Shown piece after piece: positions 36,729-48,328 of a DNA stretch of 64,000 nucleotides. This DNA is from Bdellovibrionota bacterium (GTDB taxonomy: Bacteria > Bdellovibrionota_C > UBA2361 > JBGSMV01). Position 1 is the first letter of the stretch; the number at the start of each line of letters is the position of its first letter. The notes beneath the pieces are model-generated. The model did not search any database and had not been told where the DNA came from. It saw nothing but the letters and a program-made list of their open reading frames with translations. A program made the position numbers and the translations under genes. The stretch is taken from the NCBI GenBank assembly GCA_044356455.1, contig JBIKWF010000009.1, positions 1 to 64,000 of the forward strand. Reading direction: 5' to 3'.

Positions 36729-37061
36729 GCATCTTCCCTGAAGCTTTCTTATCCCTGGCGCTCCGCGCGGAGAGGACCGGGCACTTTCTGCCCGGCATGG
36801 GCGTGCGGTGCGGCCAGGGATGAGAGGTGAACCTTGAGGCTCTATCCTCCGTTCACTTTGGCGCGCATTGAGTCCTTGTTGGTGAAAGTTGCTAAAGAAG
36901 AGATAGCCACCAGGACGCAAAGCTCGCTGGATTTGTTGATTACCCTTGTAGGTAGTTAACGAGAGGGGTTTCTGCTGCTCCTATGTGGAGCTCCTCGCTT
37001 AGTAGTTTCTCCCTCTCATTATTCATTAACCTTTGAAGTAGTATCATTTGAGGCAAAACCT

Positions 37062-37715
37062 ATGGCAGCAATTACCGCAGAACAAGTTCGGCAACTAAGA
37101 GAGCGCACGGGCGCAGGCATGCTTGATTGTAAAAAGGCCCTTGAGGAAAGCGGCGGCAATCTTGAGAACGCTATTGAGTCTCTTCGCAAGAAGGGTCTTA
37201 AGGACATTAGTAAGCGCGCAGGAAAAGTTGCCGCCGAAGGCAGCATTGGAATCTACGTTCACCCCGGCGAACAGGTAGTGTCGGTAGTTGAGCTTAACTG
37301 CGAAACCGACTTCGTCGCTCGTAACGAAGAATTTCGGCAGTTGGCGAAGGATCTCGCCCTGCATGTCGCTGCCATGAAACCTCTCTATCTTACCTCCGAG
37401 GAAGTCCCTGCCGAGGTTCTCGAGAAAGAGAAGGAAATTCTCATGGCTCAGCTGAACGAGGCTCAGCGCGCTAAGGCAGATAAGATTCTTCCGGGTAAAA
37501 TTGAGAAGTATTACGAAGATACCGTTCTTTTCAAACAAATCTTCGTTAAGGACGACTCCGGCAAGCTGACGATTAAAGAGCTTGTGGACCAGCTCTCCAT
37601 GAAATGTGGCGAGAAGGTCATTGTGCGCCGCTTTCAGCGCTTTGAGGTAGGTGAGGGAATTGCAAAACAACAGAGCAATCTCGCTGAAGAAGTCGCCTCT
37701 ATGGTTCAAGCTTAA
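37062..37715 (+). CDS. tsf: Elongation factor Ts (short form)
   Basis: LRERTGAGMLDCKKAL, ELNCETDFVARN. Confidence 0.98.
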   Translation: MAAITAEQVRQLRERTGAGMLDCKKALEESGGNLENAIESLRKKGLKDISKRAGKVAAEGSIGIYVHPGEQVVSVVELNCETDFVARNEEFRQLAKDLALHVAAMKPLYLTSEEVPAEVLEKEKEILMAQLNEAQRAKADKILPGKIEKYYEDTVLFKQIFVKDDSGKLTIKELVDQLSMKCGEKVIVRRFQRFEVGEGIAKQQSNLAEEVASMVQA

Positions 37716-37731
37716 AGCGGTGTAAGCCTAA

Positions 37732-38541
<810 letters not shown>

Positions 38542-38637
38542 CTCAAAAGGCGGAGCGTGATTTAAAAGTCGGAGGAAGGGCGAGTTTTTTGGGCGCCTCG
38601 CTCCGCATGTAAACTAGGTCTGTATTCCTTATAAGAG

Positions 38638-39198
38638 GTGAGTATGTCAGCCGAAACAAATGAGCTTACCGAGAAGTGCAAAAAGTCAGTCGAACATTTT
38701 AAGAAGGAGGCGGGGCGCCTAAGAACGGGGCGCGCATCGGCATCGATTCTTGAAGGTTTGATGGTTGATTATTACGGCACTATGGTGCCACTGCAAAGTC
38801 TCGGAATGGTGAACGTGCCCGAGCCGCGCCAAATAATGGTTCAGGTGTACGATCGTGCCGCGGTTGAGGCTATCGACAAGGCTATTCAAGGCGCCAACTT
38901 GGGACTCAATCCCTCACGCGATGGCAGCATCATTCGCATCAATATCCCCGCCCTTACCGAGGAACGTCGTAAGGACTTGGTCAAGCAGCTCCACAAGATG
39001 GGCGAAGAAGCCAAGGTCGGTATTCGGAACAACCGCCGAGACGTGCTCGAAGCTCTGAAGAAAAAGGAGAAGGCCAAGGATCTTTCTGCGGACGATCTGC
39101 GAAGAGCGCAGGAAGAGGTGCAGAAGGTAACCGATAAATATACTGCCGAAATTGATGTGGTCGTCACCTCCAAAGAAAAAGAAATGATGGAGGTCTGA
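38638..39198 (+). CDS. frr: Ribosome recycling factor
   Basis: LRTGRAS, VDYYG, LGLNP, IPALTEERRKDLVK. Confidence 0.97.
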   Translation: MSMSAETNELTEKCKKSVEHFKKEAGRLRTGRASASILEGLMVDYYGTMVPLQSLGMVNVPEPRQIMVQVYDRAAVEAIDKAIQGANLGLNPSRDGSIIRINIPALTEERRKDLVKQLHKMGEEAKVGIRNNRRDVLEALKKKEKAKDLSADDLRRAQEEVQKVTDKYTAEIDVVVTSKEKEMMEV

Positions 39199-39200
39199 GA

Positions 39201-40046
39201 ATGTCGCGGCCAGGCAACTCAGGTACTGAGCCACATGGTAGTACCGAAAGCGGTACAGCCAGCTCAGAGAAGGGGGGCGCTCCTGGACGCGGGGCCGTTC
39301 GCTCTGGCGCGGCATCGCCTGGGTCAATCCCCACTCACGTGGCAATTATCATGGACGGCAATGGCCGCTGGGCCAAGCAGCGCCTTTTCCCCCGCATTGA
39401 GGGGCACCGAGCAGGCGCCAAAGCGGTGCGCATGGTAGTTGAAGAGAGTCGGCGCCTCGGCATTCGTTATCTTACGCTCTTTAGCTTTTCCACTGAAAAC
39501 TGGCTTCGCCCCAAAGATGAAGTTTCGGCCCTGATGCGGCTTTTTTGCCAGTATGTGGAAAGCGAGCGCGACCTTTTGCTCAAGCACTCCATTCGCCTTA
39601 GGGCGATAGGGGATAGGTCGCGTCTCCCAAGCGACGTGCGGGAATCATTAGAGCGCGTGGAAGCAGAGACCATGGGCGGAGAGGAAATGCAGCTTCTGCT
39701 TGCACTCTCTTATGGTGGACGAGACGAAATTACGGCCGCCGCCAAAACTCTTGCGGCCAGGGTTCAGCGCAATGAGCTCACGCTAGAAGAGATCACACCT
39801 GAGGTCTTCTCTTCCTGCCTCTATGCGCCCGATGTTCCCGATCCCGATCTTCTTATTCGTACGAGCGATGAATTTCGGATTTCGAACTTTCTCCTCTGGC
39901 AGCTTGCGTACAGCGAGATTGTCGTAACCAAATGTTTCTGGCCTGCCTTCACAAAAGAAGAGTTTCAGCGCTGCCTCGATGAGTATGCCGGCCGAAGAAG
40001 GCGCTTTGGCCTGACTGATGAGCAGATTGAAAGTCGAAACGAATGA
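39201..40046 (+). CDS. uppS: Undecaprenyl diphosphate synthase
   Basis: HVAIIMDGNGRWA, FSTENW, YGGRDE, DLLIRTS..RISNFLLWQ. Confidence 0.97.
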   Translation: MSRPGNSGTEPHGSTESGTASSEKGGAPGRGAVRSGAASPGSIPTHVAIIMDGNGRWAKQRLFPRIEGHRAGAKAVRMVVEESRRLGIRYLTLFSFSTENWLRPKDEVSALMRLFCQYVESERDLLLKHSIRLRAIGDRSRLPSDVRESLERVEAETMGGEEMQLLLALSYGGRDEITAAAKTLAARVQRNELTLEEITPEVFSSCLYAPDVPDPDLLIRTSDEFRISNFLLWQLAYSEIVVTKCFWPAFTKEEFQRCLDEYAGRRRRFGLTDEQIESRNE

Positions 40047-40067
40047 GAAATCAGCTGATGGGCAATT

Positions 40068-40964
40068 ATGGGATTTGAGCAATTAAAGCCACGTCTAGTT
40101 ACTGCCGGCGTGCTCTCCTGCTCCTTGCTCGCACTGCTTCTTCTTGCGCAATATTTCTGCCCGGTGCGGCTCTTGGCCCCGTTTCTGCTCTGCGTAGTCG
40201 TGGGTATCGCCGCGTGGGAACTCTCGAACCTGCTCGGTAATGTTCCCTCAGAGAAAAGACCCCTTCAGAAGGCCTTCCTTTTCCTTGCGGGCGCAGCACC
40301 TGCCTTGATTCAATCGCTTTTTATGCTGAGCAGACGCTGCGAAGGTAATTTTAGTGCGCGCGAGCTCGTGGGCCTCTTGGCTGCGGCTTCTATTCTTATT
40401 GGCCTGGCCTTTGTGACCGCGCAGCTTCTGCATTTTCGCAGCTCCTTAGAAGGAGCAGCCGCGGAGATAGGCGAAAGTCTTGTCGGCTATCTGCATGTAG
40501 GGGTTGGCGGCGCTGCCTGGGTATCCTTGTTTTCCGTGAATGGTTCCGTGTGGTGGCTCTTTTGGGTCGTGCTGGTGGTCGCGCTTAGCGACACAGGCGC
40601 CTATTTTGGAGGCTCGTACTTTAAGGGGCCTGCGCTCGCGCCTGCAATTTCGCCTAAAAAGACCATCAGCGGCTCTCTTATGGGAGTCTTGGCGGCAGTG
40701 CTTGCCGGGGTAATTTCAGGAATGCTGCTTGGGTCGGCTCTCGCGGCAACTCCCTTTTCTCCGCTCATGCTGGCGGCCCTTTCAGCGCTAGTGAGCGTCG
40801 CAGGACAGGCAGGAGACCTGCTTAAATCGCTGCTTAAGCGCAATCACCACGTCAAAGACACGGGAACAATCCTACCTGGGCACGGAGGAATCCTCGATCG
40901 TATAGATGGTATTCTCTTAGGTTCTCTTGTTCTTCTCGCCTTCCTTGCGCTCCACGGGATATAA
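40068..40964 (+). CDS. cdsA: Phosphatidate cytidylyltransferase
   Basis: [43 protein letters not shown]. Confidence 0.95.
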   Translation: MGFEQLKPRLVTAGVLSCSLLALLLLAQYFCPVRLLAPFLLCVVVGIAAWELSNLLGNVPSEKRPLQKAFLFLAGAAPALIQSLFMLSRRCEGNFSARELVGLLAAASILIGLAFVTAQLLHFRSSLEGAAAEIGESLVGYLHVGVGGAAWVSLFSVNGSVWWLFWVVLVVALSDTGAYFGGSYFKGPALAPAISPKKTISGSLMGVLAAVLAGVISGMLLGSALAATPFSPLMLAALSALVSVAGQAGDLLKSLLKRNHHVKDTGTILPGHGGILDRIDGILLGSLVLLAFLALHGI

Positions 40965-40969
40965 CCTCA

Positions 40970-42268
40970 ATGGTCAAAGGCCCACCTCACCATCAGCGCC
41001 GTCCCGCTTTAGTTCCTGGGCTCCGCCCTGCGCTCTCTTCGTCACCACAGGCAGGCGGCGGCTCATTAGGCCCAACTGAGCGCGAAAGCATAGAACAGGG
41101 GAAAGGCGCTGCTCCTATCGCGCTGGCTATTCTTGGATCGACGGGGTCGATAGGCCGCTCAGCGGTGGAGCTCGCAAAGCGCTTCCCCGATCAATTCAAA
41201 GTTCATGCAATCTGCGGCCATGCGAACATTGCACTACTCGCCGAGCAGGCCTTGGCCCTCATGCCTCAGGTGGTGGCAACTACTGACAGCGGCAACGAGG
41301 CCGAGCTGAGAGGGGCGCTTTTAAGCAAAGGCCTCTCGCACATCAAAGTGCTCTCGGGTTCCGAGGCAGCGTGCGAAATTGCCGCACTCCCAGACGTTTC
41401 AGCTGTCCTTGCAGCCATTATGGGAAGCGCCGGGCTTGCCGCAGTGCTTGTGGCCCTGCGGCACGGGAAAAGGGTTGCTCTCGCGAATAAAGAGAGCCTT
41501 GTTGCGGGCGGATCCCTCGTGGCAAAGGCGCTTGAGATGGGACGAGGCGAGATAATCCCAGTAGATAGTGAGCACGCCGCTCTCTTTCAAGCGCTCCAGG
41601 GGGCTCCCCTCGCTCAGGTGCGTTCTCTTATCCTCACGGCTTCAGGAGGACCATTTCTCAGAACCGACCCTCAGACCCTTGGCTCCGTGACGCCTGAGCA
41701 GGCCACACGCCACCCCCGTTGGAAAATGGGAGCGAAAATTTCGATAGACAGCGCCACGCTGGTGAATAAGGCCCTCGAACTGATTGAAGCGCATTGGCTC
41801 TTCGGCTTTCCAGAAAACGAAATCTCTGTGCTGGTGCATCCGGAGAGTATCGTTCATTCTCTCATAGAGATGGTCGACGGCACGCAGCTGGCGCAGCTCT
41901 CGATTTCGGATATGACGGGCCCCATTGCCGCCGCCCTTGCCTATCCGGTGCGTGTCGCAGGAGTCCTAAAGCCTCTGTCTCTCGCAGAGGTCGGGACACT
42001 GCACTTTGAGGCGCTTTCAAATGAGCGCTTCCCGGCGGTTCAGCTCGCCAGAGAGTGCGTGAGGGCGGGGGGCGCCGCAACGGCAGTTTTTAACGCTGCC
42101 AACGAATGTGCGGTGGGTAGATTTATGAGAGGAGATCTCAGGTTCGACCGCATTGTTCCCGCAGTTGCCTGCGCGGTTAAGGAGTTTCGTGGTGCCGAGG
42201 CTCAGAATCTAGAGGATCTTGAAAGGCTTGACGGCGAAGTGCGGCGAATGACGCTCTCGCTTAGTTAG
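40970..42268 (+). CDS. dxr: 1-deoxy-D-xylulose 5-phosphate reductoisomerase
   Basis: ILGSTGSIG, LANKESLV, PVDSEH, LTASGGPF, HPRWKMGAKISIDSAT. Confidence 0.97.
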   Translation: MVKGPPHHQRRPALVPGLRPALSSSPQAGGGSLGPTERESIEQGKGAAPIALAILGSTGSIGRSAVELAKRFPDQFKVHAICGHANIALLAEQALALMPQVVATTDSGNEAELRGALLSKGLSHIKVLSGSEAACEIAALPDVSAVLAAIMGSAGLAAVLVALRHGKRVALANKESLVAGGSLVAKALEMGRGEIIPVDSEHAALFQALQGAPLAQVRSLILTASGGPFLRTDPQTLGSVTPEQATRHPRWKMGAKISIDSATLVNKALELIEAHWLFGFPENEISVLVHPESIVHSLIEMVDGTQLAQLSISDMTGPIAAALAYPVRVAGVLKPLSLAEVGTLHFEALSNERFPAVQLARECVRAGGAATAVFNAANECAVGRFMRGDLRFDRIVPAVACAVKEFRGAEAQNLEDLERLDGEVRRMTLSLS

Positions 42269-42283
42269 AAAAGGAAATTTAAC

Positions 42284-43549
42284 ATGGAATTTGCCCACAA
42301 TATTTATATCGCCGTAATGTCGGTGCTTACTCTCGGCATTTTGGTGTTTGTCCATGAGCTCGGCCACTTTCTCGTCGCCAAGTGGTGCAAGGTCACGGTG
42401 CTTGAGTTCTCCGTGGGCTTCGGGAAAATTCTCTGGTCTATGAAGAGGGGCGAGACGCTCTACGCGCTTCGCCTTATCCCCCTTGGCGGCTATGTAAAGA
42501 TGCTTGGGGACGATCCCTTTGAGAAATTTGAGACCGAGAACCCGCCGAAAGATTCAGGCACTGAGGTGGTAGGAGCACAGGAGGCGAATGCGCCGCAAGC
42601 CGAGCCAGCTCCAGGTCTTGCGCGAGGTGAGCGTGCCTTTACGGGAGCCGGTTCTGCGCAGGCCTCGGCCGAAGCTCTCGCTCAAAAAGACCGGCACTTC
42701 CTTCAGCAATCTCTGCCAGAGAAGGCAGCGGTGGTGATTGCCGGCCCTCTTTTTAACTATGTGTTTGCCTTTTTTCTTGCGGTCTTTTCCGCCGCCTACT
42801 TTGGAGTTCCAAGCCCCATTAACGACCCCGTTATTGGGCACGTAACTCCCAAATTCCCCGCCGCCGAAGCGGGAATCTTGCCTGGCGATAAGATTCTCTC
42901 GGTAGACGGAAAACCCGTGCCCTCCTGGATTGATCTTGCAGAGACCGTCCGTAAATCAGGCGGCAAAGAGATGACCTTTGTGCTTGAGCGCAAGGATTCC
43001 GCTTCTGGGGAAACGAGCACCCTGGAGAAGAAGATTCTTGGGCGCGCTGATAGCATGGAGCTCAACGTACTAGACGGGACCTACGAAAAAGATCCGTCGG
43101 CTCGTCCTTACCGCATCGGAATTGCGCAAGGTTCGACGTCGACTCCGATTCCGCTGAGTGATGCTATTTCTGTAGGTTGGTATCACTGCTGGAGCGTGGT
43201 CACGCTTACGGGCAAAATGCTTGGCGCTATGTTCCAGGGCGCCATTGCGCCCTCGCAGGCGCTTGGTGGTCCTGTGGCCGTGTTCGCAGGCGCAGCTCAA
43301 AGCGCTGCCCAGGGGCCTGAATCTATCATCGGTTTCATGATTTTGCTGAGCGTGAGTCTTGCGCTCTTTAACTTACTGCCAATTCCGATATTGGACGGCG
43401 GTCACTTGCTCTTTTTTCTTATTGAGGCGGTAAAAGGTAGTCCGGTTCATGTGCGCTGGCTCGCTATCGCAAATCAAGTCGGCTTGGCATTTCTCTTAAT
43501 GCTGATGCTCTTTGCGGTTTCGAACGACCTGCTGAGGATTTTTTCTTAA
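42284..43549 (+). CDS. rseP: RIP metalloprotease RseP
   Basis: HELGH, IPLGGYVKM, PDZ domain, NLLPIPILDGGH. Confidence 0.96.
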   Translation: MEFAHNIYIAVMSVLTLGILVFVHELGHFLVAKWCKVTVLEFSVGFGKILWSMKRGETLYALRLIPLGGYVKMLGDDPFEKFETENPPKDSGTEVVGAQEANAPQAEPAPGLARGERAFTGAGSAQASAEALAQKDRHFLQQSLPEKAAVVIAGPLFNYVFAFFLAVFSAAYFGVPSPINDPVIGHVTPKFPAAEAGILPGDKILSVDGKPVPSWIDLAETVRKSGGKEMTFVLERKDSASGETSTLEKKILGRADSMELNVLDGTYEKDPSARPYRIGIAQGSTSTPIPLSDAISVGWYHCWSVVTLTGKMLGAMFQGAIAPSQALGGPVAVFAGAAQSAAQGPESIIGFMILLSVSLALFNLLPIPILDGGHLLFFLIEAVKGSPVHVRWLAIANQVGLAFLLMLMLFAVSNDLLRIFS

Positions 43550-43556
43550 GCACCTC

Positions 43557-44297
43557 ATGGCCTCAAACTTGAACATTCTCGCGCTGGACTCTTCAGGCTC
43601 TGACTTGTCCGCGGCCCTTATGAGAGTGCAAGGCGAAGAGCCCGGAGAGATTTTTTCAGTAATTCGAAGCGGAGCGCAAAGTCATGACGAAGGCATGACG
43701 AGCGCGCTGGAAGAGATATTTTCGCGCGCGGGAGCGCGCCCTCAGTCCATAAGTGCCATCGTGGTGGGCTCTGGCCCCGGGTCGTTTACTGGTCTCCGAA
43801 TAGGTCTGGCTTTTGGGAAAGGCTTATCGTTTTCTCTCAAGATTCCACTTATTCTTGTGCCATCAGCATTTGGAGCAGCGGCCGCGCTCGGCGCACTGGG
43901 CGGTTATGAGCGGGCGCTCGTCATCGCAAAGGCGGGGAAGGACCAGTACTTCCTTAGTAGTATCGAGTTCTCAAGCTTCCCCCATGCCGCGAGCGCAGCC
44001 TGCACGCTCTCAGGGGCGGAGATTACCTCTCGTGCCCGTCAGGTAAGCAAGGCGGCGCTCGTGTGCCTGGATCCCGCAATTCGGAGCGAACTGTCAGAAC
44101 TCTCGTTCATTAGCCTCCCGCTCCACCTTGCAGAGGGGCTCCTCGGAGTGCTTTCCCTTAGAGCCAAGGCCCTGAGCTGGGAACTTCTACTCAAAGAGGG
44201 AGCCTACTCATTAGAGCGCTGCGCAGCGGCTGAACCTGACTACGTGCGCTCCGTGGCAGCAAAAACAATAGCAGAGCGTGCCGCAGGGCATATTTAG
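43557..44297 (+). CDS. tsaB: tRNA threonylcarbamoyladenosine biosynthesis protein TsaB
   Basis: ILALDSS, GPGSFTGLRIG, EPDYVR. Confidence 0.9.
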   Translation: MASNLNILALDSSGSDLSAALMRVQGEEPGEIFSVIRSGAQSHDEGMTSALEEIFSRAGARPQSISAIVVGSGPGSFTGLRIGLAFGKGLSFSLKIPLILVPSAFGAAAALGALGGYERALVIAKAGKDQYFLSSIEFSSFPHAASAACTLSGAEITSRARQVSKAALVCLDPAIRSELSELSFISLPLHLAEGLLGVLSLRAKALSWELLLKEGAYSLERCAAAEPDYVRSVAAKTIAERAAGHI

Positions 44298-44355
44298 CGA
44301 GAAGGCTCGGCTAACCTACTGATATTGCCTGGTAGGTGCGTTAAAAAAACCCTGC

Positions 44356-44385
44356 TTGACGAGGAAACTCCAATCCGGGTACTCT
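44356..44385 (+). promoter_or_regulatory. Candidate sigma70 promoter for rho
   Basis: TTGACG-N18-TACTCT ahead of a ~400 nt leader. Confidence 0.45.
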
Positions 44386-44792
44386 ACTTAAGCCGGTCGT
44401 TAAGTAGCCCCCAGCTACATCATCTCTTAAACGGTCTTAGGTAGTCCTAAACAGGACTACTTTGATATCAAGCTATTTGATTTCAAGCTGAGTCCAGCTT
44501 TGGAGCTATTTGGTCGGGGCTGAGTGGAGTTGCCGCCTGTTTCGTTAGTATCGCAACTGGGCCGCAACTTGCTTTGACAGTATTTCAGGTCCTTATTTTT
44601 AGGCCATTTTTTCAGTCCTCATTCGAAGTTGACCTTTCTTCCTCTCCAAAATTTCATCACGTTTTCTATGTTCGGATGCGTCATCCTCAGTCTTCATACC
44701 GATTCTCGCGCTCTTTCAATTCTCGGTGCCCCTCGAGTCTCTTCGTCTCACGGGACACCTTCATTTAACCTAAACGTTAAGTAGTAATAATT

Positions 44793-46628
44793 GTGAAACA
44801 CTCTGACTCACCTGGTTCGAATCGTGGCGGTTCACGCCCTCGCAGTAGCTCTTCATCCCACGGCGATCGTCCCCGCAGCCACTCCCCAAGAGGCGATAGA
44901 GGTCCCGTCGCCCGCGAAACGAGAGGCAGAGGCGGCGCAGGGCGCTCCCCTAGTCGCGGTTCTCATTATGGCGATGCGCCAGAGCGCGGCCCTGCGCCGC
45001 GCAGAGCAACTGACGAGGATAATTTTTCAAGAGATGAGGATAGCGCCCCTTCAGGCAACAGCTTCCCCTCGGACTCTTCAGGTCATTCTTCCTCAGGGGG
45101 AAACTCGGGTCAGTCAGGAAACGTCGCTCCGGGTTTTTCACCTTCAGCGGAAAGCTCGTTAGGAGCCGGATCTGAAAGCGGAATTGGCGGGAATGGACCA
45201 GGCTCCCATGCGAGCGCACGCGCCCAAATGGACGATGGAATGCCGCCAGCTTCGAGCCAGTTTTCTTCCACGCAGGGTTCCTCACAGGGGTCTTCTTCAC
45301 AGGCACCAGGCGAGCCTTCCGGCGGGAAGCGCACCCTGTCTGCTTATGGATCGCTTACGGAGCAGAGCATCATGAACCTCAATGAGCTAAAGCGACTTAA
45401 GAATGACGATCTCGTCAAGTTGGCAAACGAATTCGAAATTGAGAATTCAAATAGCCTCAGGCGCCAGGATCTGATTTTTCAGATTCTTACCGCGCAATCC
45501 GAATCAAATGGGAGTATCTACGCAGAGGGCGTTCTTGAGTGCCTCCCAGACGGATTCGGATTCCTCCGCTCACCTGACTTTAATTACCTCCCAGGTTCGG
45601 ATGACATTTACGTCTCTCCTGCGCAAATCAGACGCTTTGGTCTTAAGACCGGAGATACCGTGGAGGGACAGATTCGTCCTCCGCGCGAGAAGGAAGGGGA
45701 GCGCTATTTTGCACTCCTTAAGGTTAACTCTGTTAACCATGACAGCCTGGACATCATTAAATCCAAGCTGCACTTCGACAATTTAACTGCGCTGTATCCT
45801 CAAGAGAAACTTAATCTTGAGACCAAGAGCGGAGAGCTTTCCACCCGCATTATCGACCTGTTTGATCCTATCGGTAAGGGGCAGCGTGGCTTGATTGTTG
45901 CTCCGCCTCGAACTGGTAAAACGGTCTTGCTGCAAAATATTGCAAACGCCATCACCGAGAATCACAAAGAAGTTGTCTTGATTGTGCTTCTCATCGATGA
46001 GCGCCCGGAAGAAGTTACCGACATGCAGCGCTCCGTGAAGGGCGAGGTAGTGAGCTCCACGTTCGATGAGCCTGCTCAGCGCCACGTGCAAGTTGCAGAA
46101 ATGGTTATCGAGAAAGCAAAGCGCCTCGTTGAGCATAAGCGCGACGTGGTGATTCTGCTTGATTCGATTACGCGTCTTGCGCGCGCTTACAACACGGTGG
46201 TTCCGCCGAGTGGAAAGATCCTCTCTGGTGGTGTGGACTCAAATGCACTTCATAAGCCCAAGCGCTTCTTTGGAGCCGCGCGTAACGTGGAAGAAGGCGG
46301 GAGTCTTACCATCATCGGAACTGCCCTGATTGATACGGGCTCGCGCATGGACGAAGTTATCTTCGAAGAGTTCAAGGGAACGGGCAACATGGAGCTTGTT
46401 CTTGACCGTAAGCTTGCGGACAAGCGCATCTTCCCTGCGATTGACCTTAACAAGTCAGGTACGCGTAAGGAGGAATTGCTCCTTCGCCCTGATGTGCTCC
46501 TGAAGGTTCGCTTGCTTCGGAAACTTCTCTCAGAATCTAACGCCATTGAAGCCATGGAATGGCTCATGAGTAAGATTGAGGGAACCAAGTCGAACAAGGA
46601 CTTCCTTGAGTCCATGAAGGGCGGCTGA
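44793..46628 (+). CDS. rho: Transcription termination factor Rho with long N-terminal low-complexity extension
   Basis: [51 protein letters not shown]. Confidence 0.98.
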   Translation: MKHSDSPGSNRGGSRPRSSSSSHGDRPRSHSPRGDRGPVARETRGRGGAGRSPSRGSHYGDAPERGPAPRRATDEDNFSRDEDSAPSGNSFPSDSSGHSSSGGNSGQSGNVAPGFSPSAESSLGAGSESGIGGNGPGSHASARAQMDDGMPPASSQFSSTQGSSQGSSSQAPGEPSGGKRTLSAYGSLTEQSIMNLNELKRLKNDDLVKLANEFEIENSNSLRRQDLIFQILTAQSESNGSIYAEGVLECLPDGFGFLRSPDFNYLPGSDDIYVSPAQIRRFGLKTGDTVEGQIRPPREKEGERYFALLKVNSVNHDSLDIIKSKLHFDNLTALYPQEKLNLETKSGELSTRIIDLFDPIGKGQRGLIVAPPRTGKTVLLQNIANAITENHKEVVLIVLLIDERPEEVTDMQRSVKGEVVSSTFDEPAQRHVQVAEMVIEKAKRLVEHKRDVVILLDSITRLARAYNTVVPPSGKILSGGVDSNALHKPKRFFGAARNVEEGGSLTIIGTALIDTGSRMDEVIFEEFKGTGNMELVLDRKLADKRIFPAIDLNKSGTRKEELLLRPDVLLKVRLLRKLLSESNAIEAMEWLMSKIEGTKSNKDFLESMKGG

Positions 46629-46721
46629 TAAACGGACGGTCCTCTTGACCCTTCCTTAGTGGTCTTTGTGGTTGTTTCTTTTAAGTTTGTTCAGCGTAAA
46701 TTGATCGGCGGCGAAGCTTAG

Positions 46722-46851
46722 GGAACCTCTGAAAAACCTAGATATTTTATTTCTTTCCCTCCGTGTCCTCTGTGCCCTCTGTGGTTTTTTAGCAATTTAA
46801 ATCAACCACAGAGGGCACAGAGTTCACAGAGTAGATTTTTTCAGAGCTTCC
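46722..46851. mobile_element. Intact 130 bp MITE with TTAG target-site duplication
   Basis: TTAG|GGAACCTCTGAAAAA...TTTTTCAGAGCTTCC|TTAG; inverted near-copy of 22911-23040. Confidence 0.88.
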
Positions 46852-46863
46852 TTAGAATTATAG

Positions 46864-48309
46864 GTGAGCCACGTGACAACATCCTCTCGCACCATACTCG
46901 CGGTTGACGACAACCCAGAGGGGCTTTTTGCACTGGAAGCGACGCTAAGCGCCGCTGGGTATACGGTAGTCACTGCCGCCTCTGGCACTGAGGCCCTTGC
47001 GCAAGCGCGAGAGGCGAGACCCGACCTCATCTTGCTCGACGTCAACATGCCAGAGCCAGATGGTTACGCCGTCACGCGTGAGCTGAAAGCCGATCCTGAG
47101 CTGCGCTACACGACCATCGTGCTTTTAACCGCGCGCGGGGGCTTAGAGGACGTGGTGCACGGCCTGTCCCAAGGCGCGGATGACCACATTAAAAAACCTT
47201 TTGAGCGGGAAGAGCTTCTCGCCAGAGTTGCAGCGGCACTTCGGCTTCGAAGCGTCTATGAGGAGCTAAGCTCCGCAACCAAGGAAAAATCGAGACTCCA
47301 GAGACGCGCTGAAGAGACTACGAGCTACGCGAATATCATTGGCAGCTCGGCGCCCATGCGTGCAGTTTTCGACCTGATTGAAAAGGTCAAAGACGCGGAG
47401 GTGCCCGTGCTGATTACGGGAGAGTCTGGGACAGGAAAAGAGCTCATCGCCTCTGCGCTCCACTTTCAGAGCATCCGGCGCTCCAAGCCTTTTATCGTCC
47501 AAAACTGCGCAGCCCTGCAGGAGCAGCTTCTTGAATCAGAGTTATTCGGTCACCTTAAAGGTTCCTTTACTGGGGCGATAAGAGACAAAGAAGGGCTCTT
47601 TGAAGCGGCTGATAACGGCACCTTGTTTTTAGATGAAGTAGGGGAGATGTCTCCCCAGCTTCAGGCCAAGCTCCTGAGAGTCTTGCAAGACGGCACGTTT
47701 ACCCCCGTCGGTAGCACAACTTCCCGAAAAGCTAAGGTGCGAGTGGTGGCCGCGACCCACCGCGACTTAAAGGACATGGTTGCCAAGGGTAGCTTTCGGC
47801 AGGACTTGTACTACAGGCTTAATGTCGTCCCCGTTCGCCTTCCGGCCCTTAAAGAGCGACCGACGGATATTCCGCTGCTTGTAGAATTTTTCCTTTCTGC
47901 AAAACGCGCGGGGAAAAACTCTTCAGCTACGAGCGAAGTGAGCTTCTCAGCTTCCGCGATGGCCGCCCTCGTGCGCTACCCCTGGCCAGGGAATGTTCGT
48001 GAGCTCCAAAGTGAAATTGAGCGCGTGCTGCTTCTTAGCGGCGGAGCAACCACCATAACTCCCCAGCACCTGACCATTAACCAAGAGGGGAATCATCAAG
48101 GTTTGAGTGGACCTGGCAACCCGTCTGCTCAAAATCCAGGGGGCGAATCTACCTCAAGCCTCAAAGAAGCACTTGCCGCCCTTGAGCTACGGCTTATTCG
48201 CGAGGCGCTTGATAAGGCCAAGGGCAACAAGAGCGAAGCGGCGCGCGTTCTTGGCGTCTCGCGCTCAAATCTTATTGCGAAGGTGCAGGAGTATCGCCTC
48301 GAAGAGTAA
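46864..48309 (+). CDS. Sigma54-dependent response regulator (receiver, AAA+, Fis HTH)
   Basis: AVDD, LLDVNMP, GESGTGKE, ESELFGH..GSFTGA, FRQDLYYRLNV, WPGNVRE, NKSEAARVLG. Confidence 0.95.
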   Translation: MSHVTTSSRTILAVDDNPEGLFALEATLSAAGYTVVTAASGTEALAQAREARPDLILLDVNMPEPDGYAVTRELKADPELRYTTIVLLTARGGLEDVVHGLSQGADDHIKKPFEREELLARVAAALRLRSVYEELSSATKEKSRLQRRAEETTSYANIIGSSAPMRAVFDLIEKVKDAEVPVLITGESGTGKELIASALHFQSIRRSKPFIVQNCAALQEQLLESELFGHLKGSFTGAIRDKEGLFEAADNGTLFLDEVGEMSPQLQAKLLRVLQDGTFTPVGSTTSRKAKVRVVAATHRDLKDMVAKGSFRQDLYYRLNVVPVRLPALKERPTDIPLLVEFFLSAKRAGKNSSATSEVSFSASAMAALVRYPWPGNVRELQSEIERVLLLSGGATTITPQHLTINQEGNHQGLSGPGNPSAQNPGGESTSSLKEALAALELRLIREALDKAKGNKSEAARVLGVSRSNLIAKVQEYRLEE

Positions 48310-48328
48310 TGCACTATGGAGCACTCCC

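Noticed and set aside
35679..37709. Long minus-strand ORFs (303 aa and 204 aa)
   Set aside because: Antisense to rpsB and tsf; no independent motifs
47540..47580. GSFTGA in place of GAFTGA in the sigma54 activator
   Set aside because: Common functional variant
48107..48328. N-terminal 74 aa of the 330 aa ORF
   Set aside because: Overlaps the regulator's HTH in another frame; ATG 48329 is more plausible
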